Shown here piece after piece: positions 11,065-21,897 of a stretch of 64,000 nucleotides of DNA. Within the stretch, counting starts at the first letter, position 1. Each line of letters starts with the position of its first letter. This DNA is from Candidatus Levyibacteriota bacterium. GTDB lineage: Bacteria > Patescibacteriota > Microgenomatia > Levybacterales > UBA12049. The position numbers were made by a program, and so were the translations under genes. The DNA lies in the NCBI GenBank assembly GCA_003152105.1, contig PLZJ01000002.1:597682-661681 (forward strand), read 5' to 3'. The notes below the pieces were generated by a model, which ran no database searches, was not told the DNA's origin, and saw only the letters and a program-made list of their open reading frames with translations.

Positions 11065-12006
11065 ATGATTAGTTACGTAATCCCAGTTATGAATGAAGAA
11101 GAAAGCATAGATGCTTTTTATGCTGAATTATATAAAGTAATTTTACAAATAATAGAAAAGTATGAAATTATCTTTATAGATGATGGATCTACAGACAATT
11201 CATTGGTACTACTTAAAAAACTTGTAAAATCCAACAAATCAGTTCGAGTATTTTCGTTCCGCAGAAATTTAGGAAAAGCTGAGGCATTAACATTTGGATT
11301 CGCAAAAGCTAGTGGCGATTATATTGTGACACTTGACGCAGATTTACAAGATATACCTTCTGAAATTCCAAAACTTTTAGCACTTGGCAAAACAGGCGTA
11401 GAGGTTGTAACGGGATGGCGTAAAAAGAGAAAAGATAAAAAATATATGGTATATATTTCTCGATTATTTAATTTATTTGTAAATAAATTATTTAATACTG
11501 GAATTCATGATTATAATTGTGGTTTAAAATTATACACACGTGATGCGGCAAAGAGTTTACAATTATACGGTGGTTTATATAGATTTATCCCCTTTTTAGT
11601 TTACCAACAAGGATTTACCATTGGAGAAGTAGCAGTTGAGCACCAGCCAAGAAAATTTGGAAAATCAAAATACGGTTTTTACAAATGGAGAGATTTACCA
11701 GATATTATCACTATATTATTTTTAGCTAAATATAGTAAGCGACCTTTACATTTTTTTGGCATAATTGGGATCTTTATGAGTAGTATTGGTGTAATTGTTC
11801 TATTATATTTAACATACGTTCATTATTTTATGCATCAACCAGTTGGAACAAGGCCTTTACTTTTTATGGGTATTTTGTTTGTAATTGCAGGACTACAAAT
11901 ACTTTTTACTGGGTTTCTTGCAGATTTAATGCTTAACATTGCACAAGGGCCAAAATATTTAGATGAATCCAAAATGCATTTTCCTCTAAAATTTTCGACT
12001 GATTAA
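11065..12006 (+). CDS. GT2 polyprenol-phosphate glycosyltransferase (DPM1/ArnC/GtrB-like)
   Basis: IDDGSTD, LDADLQD, DYNCGLK, two C-terminal TMs. Confidence 0.88.
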   Translation: MISYVIPVMNEEESIDAFYAELYKVILQIIEKYEIIFIDDGSTDNSLVLLKKLVKSNKSVRVFSFRRNLGKAEALTFGFAKASGDYIVTLDADLQDIPSEIPKLLALGKTGVEVVTGWRKKRKDKKYMVYISRLFNLFVNKLFNTGIHDYNCGLKLYTRDAAKSLQLYGGLYRFIPFLVYQQGFTIGEVAVEHQPRKFGKSKYGFYKWRDLPDIITILFLAKYSKRPLHFFGIIGIFMSSIGVIVLLYLTYVHYFMHQPVGTRPLLFMGILFVIAGLQILFTGFLADLMLNIAQGPKYLDESKMHFPLKFSTD

Positions 12007-12007
12007 G

Positions 12008-12235
12008 ATGAAAATTCAGGATATTGGTTTTTTTCTTATATTAATTATAATAGTTTGGAAAAGAAATAGTACGTCTGCAGTCATCCTTGGTTTGTTTTCT
12101 TTATTAATTGCAGTTCCTCTTTTTGAAGAAAAGATTTTTTTTACTGCTGAAAGATTAACGTGGTATGCTGCTGGGTTTTTCTTATTGGCTATTATAGTAA
12201 TTTTGTATACACTAATAAGAGATAAGAAAAATTAA
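12008..12235 (+). CDS. Small membrane protein
   Basis: 75 aa hydrophobic ORF tightly packed between neighbours. Confidence 0.6.
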   Translation: MKIQDIGFFLILIIIVWKRNSTSAVILGLFSLLIAVPLFEEKIFFTAERLTWYAAGFFLLAIIVILYTLIRDKKN

Positions 12236-12778
12236 ATGAAAATTGGAATAGATATTTCCCAAACAGCATATCAAAATACTGGAGTAGCCAACTATTTATC
12301 AAAATTAATTCATTCTCTGCTCGAAACAGATAAATCTAATGACTATGTATTCTTTTTTTCTTCCTTACGAAAAAAAATACCAAAACAGCTAAGAGAATTT
12401 ATAGTAACTACAGGGGGTAACCGAGTAACTATTAAGTCATATCCATTTCCTCCGCTTTTTTATGAATTTTTCTGGAACAAATTACACATTTTAAGCATAG
12501 AACGATTTATCGGAAATACAGATATATTCATTACTTCTGATTGGAGTGAGCCCCCGGTTCTAAAAACTAAAAAAGCTACTATAATATATGATTTAATAGT
12601 TTATAAATATCCCCATGAAACAGATCAAAGAATTGTTAAAGCACAAAGAAGAAAACTTTACTGGGTAAAAAAAGAAAGCGATCTAATATTTTGTATATCC
12701 AAATCTACTATGCAGGATGTTATTAAGCTGCTCCATATAGATAATAATAAGCTAAAAGTTATTTATCCCGGATTATGA
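12236..12778 (+). CDS. GT4 N-terminal domain only
   Basis: MKIGIDIS..TGVANY, IYDL, ends at VIYPGL with no C-terminal domain. Confidence 0.7.
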   Translation: MKIGIDISQTAYQNTGVANYLSKLIHSLLETDKSNDYVFFFSSLRKKIPKQLREFIVTTGGNRVTIKSYPFPPLFYEFFWNKLHILSIERFIGNTDIFITSDWSEPPVLKTKKATIIYDLIVYKYPHETDQRIVKAQRRKLYWVKKESDLIFCISKSTMQDVIKLLHIDNNKLKVIYPGL

Positions 12779-13908
12779 TTATTGGTATAGATGGAAATGA
12801 AGCAAATGTTACAAATAGAGTGGGTATTGGTGAATATGCATACCAATTACTCCTTTCTTTTTATGAGAAGGCAACCAAAGATATAAGTTTTCGGATATAT
12901 CTTAAAAATAAGCCTGAGTTTGACATGCCGAAACAAACAGATTTTTTTAAGTATGAAATAGTGGGACCTTCTAAAGCATGGACACAAATTGCTTTACCAA
13001 TCGCACTATATTTTTCTAAAAACCGACCAGATATTATCTTTACTCCTGGTCATTATGCTCCACGTTTTTCTCCTGTTCCGAGAGTTATTTCAATTATGGA
13101 TGTAGCATATCTTCGATTTCCTGATTTATACAATAAGGATGATTTGTATCAATTGAAGCATTGGACAAAGTACTCTGCTTTAAAAGCAAAAAGGATATTT
13201 ACTATTTCTCAGTCGAGCAAAAATGATATAATTAAGTACTACAATGTTGTGCCAAAAAACGTGGATGTAACGTTTTTAGGAATTAATGAAAACAAGCACA
13301 CAATAACTACCACTATGAAAGAAATTGAACAAAAATTTGGAATAAGCGGGAAATATATTTTATTTGTTGGCACGCTTCAGCCAAGGAAAAATATCGTCAA
13401 GCTAATTGAAGCATTTTCACTTGTTAAAAAAAATAAAGAAGCAGAGAGAGTAATTGATAATGTAAATATGGTTATTGTTGGCAAAAAAGGATGGAAGTAT
13501 GAGGAAATTTTAGAGGCTCCAAGCGTTTATGGAGTTAAAGAATGTGTATCCTTTTTAGAATTTGTTGATGATGATGAACTGACTACATTGTATAAAAATG
13601 CGTTGTGTTTTATTTTACCAAGTTTATATGAAGGATTTGGGCTTCCCATTCTTGAAGCAATGCGAAATGATTGTCCTGTAATAACAAGCAATATAAGTTC
13701 TTTGCCAGAAGCGGGAGGAGATGCAGCATTATATGTTGACCCAAATAGTAGCGAGGACATTGCAAAAACGCTAACTCGTGTTATTTCAGACGAAAAACTC
13801 AGAAAAAGCATGATAGAAAAAGGGAAAACGCAAGTTAAAAAATTTAGTTGGAATAAAACAGCAAGTGAAACACTAGAAGGATTAGAGGAGGTAGTTCATG
13901 CGAGATAA
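12775..13908 (+). CDS. Glycosyltransferase family 4
   Basis: VGTLQPRKN, YEGFGLPILEAM. Confidence 0.92.
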   Translation: MIIGIDGNEANVTNRVGIGEYAYQLLLSFYEKATKDISFRIYLKNKPEFDMPKQTDFFKYEIVGPSKAWTQIALPIALYFSKNRPDIIFTPGHYAPRFSPVPRVISIMDVAYLRFPDLYNKDDLYQLKHWTKYSALKAKRIFTISQSSKNDIIKYYNVVPKNVDVTFLGINENKHTITTTMKEIEQKFGISGKYILFVGTLQPRKNIVKLIEAFSLVKKNKEAERVIDNVNMVIVGKKGWKYEEILEAPSVYGVKECVSFLEFVDDDELTTLYKNALCFILPSLYEGFGLPILEAMRNDCPVITSNISSLPEAGGDAALYVDPNSSEDIAKTLTRVISDEKLRKSMIEKGKTQVKKFSWNKTASETLEGLEEVVHAR

Positions 13909-14491
13909 GTCAGGTAAAAAACTCAGTTCAAAAGAAATTACGTCAAAATCAATACTAAGAGTAGGAAATATTGCTTTGGAATTTCATATTATGTTGCTTC
14001 GCTGGGTTGGTCATATCCCATTTCATAGAATCAGGAGATTCTTTTATCGATTGAGTGGCATTAAAATTGGAAAAGGATCAACAATTCATATGTTTGCTAA
14101 TTTTTTTGATCCAGAACACATTTCGATAGGTATTGATTCAATTATTGGAGAAAATGTAATGCTCGATGGACGAGAGAAATTAACTATTGGAGATCATGTA
14201 GATATCGCTTCAGAAGTTATGATTTACAATTCAGAACATGATGTTTACAGTAGTAATTTTACACCGCTTACTGCACCTGTTGTTATTGAAGATTATGTAT
14301 TCATAGGCCCAAGAGTTATAATTTTGCCCGGAGTAATAATTGGAAAAGGAGCTGTAATTGGTGCAGGAGCAGTTGTGACAAAAAATGTAGAAACATTAAC
14401 TATTGTTGGTGGTGTTCCTGCAAAAGAAATAGGAAAGAGAAGCGTTGAAGATCTTCACTATACGTTAGGACGAGCTAGATGGTTTCGATAA
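13898..14491 (+). CDS. Left-handed beta-helix O-acetyltransferase
   Basis: Hexapeptide repeats; IGKGAVIGAGAVVTK, VGGVPAK. Confidence 0.88.
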   Translation: MRDKSGKKLSSKEITSKSILRVGNIALEFHIMLLRWVGHIPFHRIRRFFYRLSGIKIGKGSTIHMFANFFDPEHISIGIDSIIGENVMLDGREKLTIGDHVDIASEVMIYNSEHDVYSSNFTPLTAPVVIEDYVFIGPRVIILPGVIIGKGAVIGAGAVVTKNVETLTIVGGVPAKEIGKRSVEDLHYTLGRARWFR

Positions 14492-15330
14492 TAATACTTT
14501 CATATAACACAAAAGACTTGCTAACATCATGTCTTGACTCAATTAAAAATCATTTACATAAAGGTGATTTTGAAATAATTGTAGTAGATAATGCATCTTC
14601 AGACGATACTTCGTTAATGATCAAAAAAGAGTTTAAAGAAGTAATGTTAATTGAAAGTAAGGAAAATTTAGGCTACGCAAAAGGCATGAACTTAGGAGTC
14701 TCAAAAGCAAAAGGAGAATATTTACTACTTCTAAATTCAGACACGAAATTAAAAGATGATATTTTACCTCTTTTTTTGAATAACTATTCAACTTTTGAAA
14801 AACTTGCCGTAATTGGTCCAAGACTTGAGAATAGCTTAGGAAATAACGACGGTTCATATGGTAGCTTTTATACGATTTTTTCTGTATTTTATTTGTTATT
14901 TGGATCTCATTTTGTATCAAATAAAAATGAAGCAAGTCATAAGGCAAGATATGTTGATTGGGTCAGTGGTGGGTGTATGTTTATAAAAAGAGAATTGTAT
15001 GATCAAAATAATGGATTTGATCCACGTTTATTTATGTATGGCGAGGATGTCGAATTTTGTTACCGTTTGCATAAAAAAGGATTTAACGTTCTTTATGACC
15101 CATCGATTGTAGTATTTCATGTTGGCCAAGGAAGTTCAAATAGATCCTTTGCCATAATACAGATCTACAAAGGCATATTGTATTTCTTTAGAAAACATAA
15201 ACCAAAATGGCAATATGCGCTAATTTATTTCATGTTGAAATCAAAAGCAATTATACTTTTATCTATAGGAAAAATGTATAATAATGAATATCTCATACAT
15301 ACATATGGGCAAGCTCTTGCGATATCTTGA
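14479..15330 (+). CDS. Glycosyltransferase family 2 (WbbL-like)
   Basis: VDNASSD, LLNSD, FMYGEDVEFC. Confidence 0.9.
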   Translation: MVSIIILSYNTKDLLTSCLDSIKNHLHKGDFEIIVVDNASSDDTSLMIKKEFKEVMLIESKENLGYAKGMNLGVSKAKGEYLLLLNSDTKLKDDILPLFLNNYSTFEKLAVIGPRLENSLGNNDGSYGSFYTIFSVFYLLFGSHFVSNKNEASHKARYVDWVSGGCMFIKRELYDQNNGFDPRLFMYGEDVEFCYRLHKKGFNVLYDPSIVVFHVGQGSSNRSFAIIQIYKGILYFFRKHKPKWQYALIYFMLKSKAIILLSIGKMYNNEYLIHTYGQALAIS

Positions 15331-18300
15331 CAATAACATTGTTAAAATTGGAATTTGCTTTCTAATTCTTTTTGTCGCGCTTTATCCAAAGCTACCTAGC
15401 GTTCATATTATTCGTACGTATGTATATATTCGACTTGAAGATTTTGGAATAGCTGCGGTTGCTATAATTTGGTTCATTCAACTTCTTAGAAGAAAAGTTG
15501 GGCTGCCTCCAAAGTTGCTGGCTTTTCCTATAGTTTTATATTGGATAATTGGACTTGCATCCCTTATTGCCTCACTTTTATATTTCGGACCTCCCACGTT
15601 AAATTTTTTCCCACACATAGCATTTCTTGAATATCTAAGAAGAATAGAGTACATGATTTTATTTTTTATCGCGTTTTCAACAATTAAGAACAAAAAAGAT
15701 GTTAGAGATTATTTTTTTATTCTATGCACTACAGTACTTTTTGTTTGCCTATATGGAATTGGGCAAAAGTTCTATGGAATATTATGGTTACATTTCCCCG
15801 CGTTAAAGAGTGCAAATTTTTGTTTTCCTTCCTTTCAAACAGGTAACGAGCAATTTGCAAAAGGATATGCGCTTTGTTTGCCATCTGATGGAAGAATGAC
15901 TTCAACATTTGGAGGCCATTACGATTTAGCAGCATATATGGTATTTATTATTCCTATTTTAATCACTGTATTTCTTGTTGTTAAAAAAAGGAGAACACAA
16001 ATATTACTTGCTATTTTATCAGTACTATCTTTAACAATGTTAATTTTTACTTCTTCCCGCGTGTCGTTTATTGCTTATTTAGTTGGTGTTGTATCAGCGC
16101 TTATTTTCTTTAAGAAAAAATGGTTTATATTACCTGTTTGTATTGTAAGCATTGTTCTTCTTTTTGTGTTTAGTAGTTCTACGATAAAACGATTTGAACA
16201 AACAATCAGGTTTACCTCTGTTGTAACTGATAGTGAAGGAGACATTGTAGGGGAAGTTTCTAATGTGAATACAAATGGTAAAAAAGTGGTAAAAGGAAAT
16301 ATTCCATCGCAAGCACTTCCAGAAGGTTCAGTTATAATTGGACTTCCTACTAAATCTATATCTACTTCGTCTGCAACGGTACAAAATAGTCTTACTCCTG
16401 AGCAGGCAAGATTGCTTAGGCTACAAAATGGAGGCTATCAACTTTCCTCAGTTAAAGGAAGCTTCCTTATACAAAAAGTATTAACGCTTGATATTTCATT
16501 TACAACACGCTTCCAAGCTGAATGGCCTAGGGCTTGGAATTCATTTTTGACTGATCCGCCTCTTGGAACAGGGTTTTCAACATTAACTCTGGCAACTGAC
16601 GGTGATTATTTACGAATGCTTGGTGAATCAGGATTCTTAGGCGCAATTTCTTATTTGTTTGTATTTTTAATGTTAGGAATTGCACTTGCTTCTATATATA
16701 AAGATATTTCGTCTCCATTTAATAAATCGTTTATTATTGGAATTGCAGGAGGAATGATTGGGATATTTATAAATGCAATATTTATTGATGTTTTTGAAGC
16801 GTCAAAAGTTGCTGAAAGTATGTGGATGATTTTGGGAATTGGACTAGGTACACTACTTCTGTATCAGAAAAAGCCTATTCCATATGCGCTGCAGCTTAAA
16901 AATGTGTTGCTTACAAAAACTTTCTACTGCGTATATCTTCTAGCAATCGTTGCTGTAGTTTTTTCATCTTATATCTCCTCTTTCTTTGTTGCGGATGATT
17001 TTACATGGTTACATTGGGTAGCGACTTCTTCTTCATCAGATATTCTTCGTTTCTTTACTAACTCAAGCGGATTTTTTTACAGACCACTTGATAAAACTAT
17101 TATGTATTTTCTCTATACCTTATTTTCATTTAATCCTCAAGGATATCACCTATTTACACTCATTAGTCATCTTATTGCAGCAATAGGGGTATTTTTCCTT
17201 GCTCGAAAATTCTTGAAATATACATTTTTTAGTTTTATTGCAGGTGCTATATTTATACTTTTACCATCACAATCTGAAAATATCTATTGGATTTCAACTA
17301 TTTCAACTACAATTGCTACCTGTTTTATTTTTTACGGGTTATTAGCATGGATTAATTACTTAGAGAGTGAGAAGCAGAAATTTTACATACTATCCTTATT
17401 TCTTGGAATATGTTCATTTTTCTCTTATGAAATTGCAATTACTTATCCATTCCTGATCATATTAGTAACCCTATTTTTCAAAGGTAAGTCAATTCGTAAA
17501 AATGCTTACGCAGTATTTATTCCATTTGTAGCTCTTATTCCAATTTATTATATTATTAGAATCGTTACTCACGCTTTTTCTGGAGGAGGAGATTACTCTT
17601 ATAGTGTTATCCATTTATTGCCAAATATCATTGGAAATTATATAGGGTATCTTGGATTATATATTGTTGGAGAGCGCTTTATTTCACTATACAATCCACT
17701 TCGGTTGGTCTTTAAGAGTCAAATGCCACTTGTTATGATCCTGATTGTATTATTTATTCTTTTAATTGCATACGTTTGGTACTTTTATAAGAAACAAATT
17801 CAAAAAATTGTAGTTACGCAAACTGGTAAATTGTTTATTTTTGGCATGCTATTTATTGCAATTTCTTTACTATTATATTTAGGTCTTGGAAATATATCGC
17901 AACGATATGGATATTTAGGAGCATTTGGTTATTCACTTATAATAGCCTTATTTTTACAAAAAATTAGTCTGTTATTAAAAAATCCTTGGAAAATAATTAT
18001 TATGGCAATACTTCTCATATCTTTATTTACCTTTTATTACAATGAACAAAAAAGCGTTGAAGCTGAATGGTTAAAGGCAGCAAGTATTACAGAAGATACA
18101 TTAGCATTTTTCAGACTTGATTATTTCACTTTAAACAATTCTGACTCCGTTTATTTAGTGAATGTTCCAATTAAATATCAAAATGCCTGGGTGTTTCCAC
18201 TGGGCGTTTCAGATGCACTCTGGTTTTTATACAAAGATAACGAACCTAAATTAATAGAAGTAACTACAATTGCACAAGCGCAAAAAGATGCTAAAAACTT

Positions 18301-18373
18301 TTATAATACAAAATTATCTAAAGCATATATTTTCAGTTTTGGTGATGACGGCTATATCTACAAAGTCAAATAA
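15305..18373 (+). CDS. O-antigen ligase-like domain fused to a GT-C-like domain
   Basis: RMTSTFGGHYDLAAY, TSSRVS, DGDYLRMLGESG in N-half; DDFTWL and FYRPL in C-half. Confidence 0.65.
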   Translation: MGKLLRYLDNNIVKIGICFLILFVALYPKLPSVHIIRTYVYIRLEDFGIAAVAIIWFIQLLRRKVGLPPKLLAFPIVLYWIIGLASLIASLLYFGPPTLNFFPHIAFLEYLRRIEYMILFFIAFSTIKNKKDVRDYFFILCTTVLFVCLYGIGQKFYGILWLHFPALKSANFCFPSFQTGNEQFAKGYALCLPSDGRMTSTFGGHYDLAAYMVFIIPILITVFLVVKKRRTQILLAILSVLSLTMLIFTSSRVSFIAYLVGVVSALIFFKKKWFILPVCIVSIVLLFVFSSSTIKRFEQTIRFTSVVTDSEGDIVGEVSNVNTNGKKVVKGNIPSQALPEGSVIIGLPTKSISTSSATVQNSLTPEQARLLRLQNGGYQLSSVKGSFLIQKVLTLDISFTTRFQAEWPRAWNSFLTDPPLGTGFSTLTLATDGDYLRMLGESGFLGAISYLFVFLMLGIALASIYKDISSPFNKSFIIGIAGGMIGIFINAIFIDVFEASKVAESMWMILGIGLGTLLLYQKKPIPYALQLKNVLLTKTFYCVYLLAIVAVVFSSYISSFFVADDFTWLHWVATSSSSDILRFFTNSSGFFYRPLDKTIMYFLYTLFSFNPQGYHLFTLISHLIAAIGVFFLARKFLKYTFFSFIAGAIFILLPSQSENIYWISTISTTIATCFIFYGLLAWINYLESEKQKFYILSLFLGICSFFSYEIAITYPFLIILVTLFFKGKSIRKNAYAVFIPFVALIPIYYIIRIVTHAFSGGGDYSYSVIHLLPNIIGNYIGYLGLYIVGERFISLYNPLRLVFKSQMPLVMILIVLFILLIAYVWYFYKKQIQKIVVTQTGKLFIFGMLFIAISLLLYLGLGNISQRYGYLGAFGYSLIIALFLQKISLLLKNPWKIIIMAILLISLFTFYYNEQKSVEAEWLKAASITEDTLAFFRLDYFTLNNSDSVYLVNVPIKYQNAWVFPLGVSDALWFLYKDNEPKLIEVTTIAQAQKDAKNFYNTKLSKAYIFSFGDDGYIYKVK

Positions 18374-19820
18374 AATTACAACTGTACTTCTAATTGCAAT
18401 TCTTTTAGGAGGTTTTTTAGCTCGTTTATATCGATTTAACGGTCCAGTTGCTGATTGGCATTCATGGCGACAAGCAGACACGTCTGCGGTTTCGCGTAAC
18501 TTTGTTGCTCATGGATTTGATGTGTTGCATCCAAAATTTGAAGACTTATCAAATGTACCTTCTGGGCTTGACAATCCACAAGGATACAGATTTGTAGAAT
18601 TTCCTATATATAATGTTGCACAAGCAGGACTCTATGATCTGTTCCATATATTAACACTTGAAGAATGGGGAAGGATTGTTAGTATTATTTCTTCACTTTT
18701 TGCCTCACTCTTTTTATTTTTATTATTAAAAAGTAGAGCCAGTACTCGTATTGCATTATTTGCAGCATTTTTTAATACGTTTATACCATTTAATATTTAT
18801 TATAGTAGAACGATTTTACCTGATCCCTCTATGATAATGGCAGTACTTGGAAGTATTTATTTTTTTAATAAATTTCTGCTAATAAAGCAAAAAAAATCTG
18901 ATAAGGTTTTACCATATGTATGGTATCTGCTTGCCATTCTTTTTTCAATAACTTCTCTGCTGTTAAAACCATATGCAATATTTTTTATCTTGCCAATCGT
19001 TGTACTTGTGTATTATGAATATAAGCTCAAGATGTTTTGGAATTGGCAACTTTGGGTATATGGCATTGTTTCGGTCATACCGCTACTACTATGGAGACAT
19101 TATATTGCGAGTTATCCAGAAGGAATACCTGCGAATGCATGGTTGTTAAATGGTAATGGTATACGTTTTCGACCATCTTTCTTTCGGTGGATGTTATATG
19201 AAAGATTGACGCGACTGATATCGGGATATATTGGTATAGCGCTTTTTGGATTAGGGGTATTTATTGGGAAAAAGCAAAAAAATAAATTATTTTTATATTC
19301 ATTTCTTGTTTCTTCAATAATATATATTTGTGTTTTTGCAACGGGAAACGTACAGCATGATTATTATCAAATATTGATTATTCCCTCCATTGCCATATTT
19401 TACGGGATTGGTGCAAATTACTTATATGAATTACCTTGGAAAAAATCTTCCCTTCCCGTATTTAAAATACTTCTTCTACTTATTACTATTTTAATGCTAT
19501 ATTTTGGTTGGGCGATTGTTAAGGATTATTTCAATATAAATAACCCTTCAATAATAGTTGCAGGAAAAGCTGTAGATGAGTTAACTCCGAAAAACGCTAA
19601 GGTCATCGCAAATTATAATGGGGATACGTCATTTTTATATCAAACAAATCGAAATGGGTGGGCCAGTTATGAACGTGACTTACCTGGCATGATCAAATTA
19701 GGTGCTGATTACCTAGTAATAGCAAATCCACTGCCATCTGATTTTTCATTTGCGAGAGCATATAGAATTGTTAAGAGAACAAACCAGTATGTTATATTTA
19801 ACTTACGAGCATCACCATGA
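18345..19820 (+). CDS. ArnT/PMT-like GT-C glycosyltransferase
   Basis: WRQADT, EFPIYN, YSRTILPD, HDYYQ; multi-TM. Confidence 0.75.
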   Translation: MTAISTKSNKITTVLLIAILLGGFLARLYRFNGPVADWHSWRQADTSAVSRNFVAHGFDVLHPKFEDLSNVPSGLDNPQGYRFVEFPIYNVAQAGLYDLFHILTLEEWGRIVSIISSLFASLFLFLLLKSRASTRIALFAAFFNTFIPFNIYYSRTILPDPSMIMAVLGSIYFFNKFLLIKQKKSDKVLPYVWYLLAILFSITSLLLKPYAIFFILPIVVLVYYEYKLKMFWNWQLWVYGIVSVIPLLLWRHYIASYPEGIPANAWLLNGNGIRFRPSFFRWMLYERLTRLISGYIGIALFGLGVFIGKKQKNKLFLYSFLVSSIIYICVFATGNVQHDYYQILIIPSIAIFYGIGANYLYELPWKKSSLPVFKILLLLITILMLYFGWAIVKDYFNINNPSIIVAGKAVDELTPKNAKVIANYNGDTSFLYQTNRNGWASYERDLPGMIKLGADYLVIANPLPSDFSFARAYRIVKRTNQYVIFNLRASP

Positions 19821-20998
19821 AAATATTACTCGTTTCATCCTACCTTCCATATCCACTTTATTCTGGGGGACATATACGTCTTTATAACTTATTGCAAGAA
19901 CTATCAAAAAACAATGAAATTACCCTCGTTTGCGAAGCAAGAAAAGATCAAACCGCAAGCGACATTGAAGTAGTTAAAAAACTAGTCAAGGAACTACATG
20001 TTTTTCCAAGAAAAAAGCAATGGTCATTAGAAACAATTACTAAAACAGGAATAAGTGAAAACGCTTTTTTAATTACTGGACACAATTTACCAGAAATGAA
20101 GGCATTAGTAACTCGTTTACTTATCAAAGAAGCATTTGATGTAATACATGTTGAAACTTCATATGTCTTACAAAATGTCCCAAAAACGAATATTCCTATA
20201 ATATTAACTGAACATAACCTTGAGTATAAAGTATATGAAAAATATGTAAATGCTGCACCGTTTATAATTCGTCCAATTTTACGAATTGATGTAAAAAAGC
20301 TAAAAAAACAAGAAGAAATATATTGGAAGCAAGTAAGTTTTGTTGTGGCAGTTTCAGAACATGAGAAAAATAGTATTGCGCAATTTACAAATAAAGTTGG
20401 TGTTGTGCCAAACGGGGTAGATATACATGCATTTAAATTAAAAAAGTATAAAGATACAGGAAATCATAAACAAGTACTTTTTATCGGAGATTTTAGGTGG
20501 ATACAAAATAGAGATACAGCAGTATATATTCTTGAACATATATGGCCAAAAATTATTCAAAAAATACCAAGTGCTACACTTCGCATAGTTGGAAAGAATA
20601 TTCCTGATGCGTTAATCAGATTGCATAATAAAAGTAGCGTTATATTTTCTAAAAATACAAACGAAAATACCCAGGATATATTTTCCGGTGCAAATATGTT
20701 GCTTTCCCCAATTAGAGTTGGAGGAGGAACGCAGTATAAAATTTTAGAAGCAATGGCAGTTGGAACTCCGGTTGTGACAAACACTTTAGGATCTGTGGGA
20801 CTATTGGTTTCTCATAACAAGAACATTCTAATTGGAAATACAACAGAAGAGCTTGCAAATTTAACTGCAGAAGTTTTAGAAAGTAATGCACTTGCCATGA
20901 AAATTGGAGTAAACTCTCGAAAACTAATTGAAAAGGAATACAGCTGGAAAACAATTGCAAAATCGCTTGAGCAAATATACAAAAACGTACGACTATAA
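19817..20998 (+). CDS. Glycosyltransferase family 4
   Basis: PYPLYSGG, GGGTQYKILEAMA. Confidence 0.9.
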   Translation: MKILLVSSYLPYPLYSGGHIRLYNLLQELSKNNEITLVCEARKDQTASDIEVVKKLVKELHVFPRKKQWSLETITKTGISENAFLITGHNLPEMKALVTRLLIKEAFDVIHVETSYVLQNVPKTNIPIILTEHNLEYKVYEKYVNAAPFIIRPILRIDVKKLKKQEEIYWKQVSFVVAVSEHEKNSIAQFTNKVGVVPNGVDIHAFKLKKYKDTGNHKQVLFIGDFRWIQNRDTAVYILEHIWPKIIQKIPSATLRIVGKNIPDALIRLHNKSSVIFSKNTNENTQDIFSGANMLLSPIRVGGGTQYKILEAMAVGTPVVTNTLGSVGLLVSHNKNILIGNTTEELANLTAEVLESNALAMKIGVNSRKLIEKEYSWKTIAKSLEQIYKNVRL

Positions 20999-20999
20999 T

Positions 21000-21890
21000 A
21001 TGAAATTATCAATAATAATAGTGAGTTTTAATGCCAAAAAATATTTGCAGGAATGCTTAGAATCAATTAATAAAAATGTTTCAAGTAGTATTTCGTACGA
21101 GATAATTGTTGTAGATAATGCCTCATCTGATGGAAGTGCAGAAATGGTGAAAAAAGTTTTTCCAAAAATCACCCTTGTTGAAAACGAAAATGAAGGATTT
21201 GCAAAAGCCAATAATAAAGGTGTTTCTATTGCAAAAGGAGAATATCTATTATTCTTAAATCCAGATACAATCGTATATAAAAAAACCATTGAGGGAATGT
21301 ATGATTTTATGCAAGATCATAAAGATTGTGGTGCAGCAACTTGTAGGGTAGTAATGGCAAATGGACAATTAGATTATGCATCACATCGTGGTTTCCCAAC
21401 GCCATGGAATTCTTTTTGTTACTTTAGTGGTCTTACTAAGTTGTTTCCACATACCCGTTTTTTTAGTGGCTATACAATGGGATATAAAGACGTGCATACT
21501 ATTCATAAAATTGATGCCTTGGCAGGCGCTTTTATGTTTACCAGAAGAGAAGCAGGAGAAGCGGTTAACTGGTGGGATGCGGATTATTTTTTTAATGGAG
21601 AAGATATTGATTTCTGTTATAGATTAACAGAAAAAAAGTGGAGGATTTATTATGTTCCAACATATAGTATATTACATTATGCAGGCATTTCTGGCGGTAC
21701 AAAGGAACATAGTCAAGAATTAACAACTGCCAATAGAGAGACCAAAATACGAACACAAAAAACAAGGTTTAATGCAATGAGATTATTTTATACAAAGCAC
21801 TATAAGAAAAAATATCCATTATTTTTAACATGGCTTGTTTTTAAAGCAATCGATTATAAAGAAAAAAAAGTACTACAACAGTTTATATAA
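21000..21890 (+). CDS. Glycosyltransferase family 2 (WbbL-like)
   Basis: VDNASSDGS, FLNPD, FNGEDIDFC; ATG 21000. Confidence 0.9.
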   Translation: MKLSIIIVSFNAKKYLQECLESINKNVSSSISYEIIVVDNASSDGSAEMVKKVFPKITLVENENEGFAKANNKGVSIAKGEYLLFLNPDTIVYKKTIEGMYDFMQDHKDCGAATCRVVMANGQLDYASHRGFPTPWNSFCYFSGLTKLFPHTRFFSGYTMGYKDVHTIHKIDALAGAFMFTRREAGEAVNWWDADYFFNGEDIDFCYRLTEKKWRIYYVPTYSILHYAGISGGTKEHSQELTTANRETKIRTQKTRFNAMRLFYTKHYKKKYPLFLTWLVFKAIDYKEKKVLQQFI

Positions 21891-21897
21891 CAAAATT

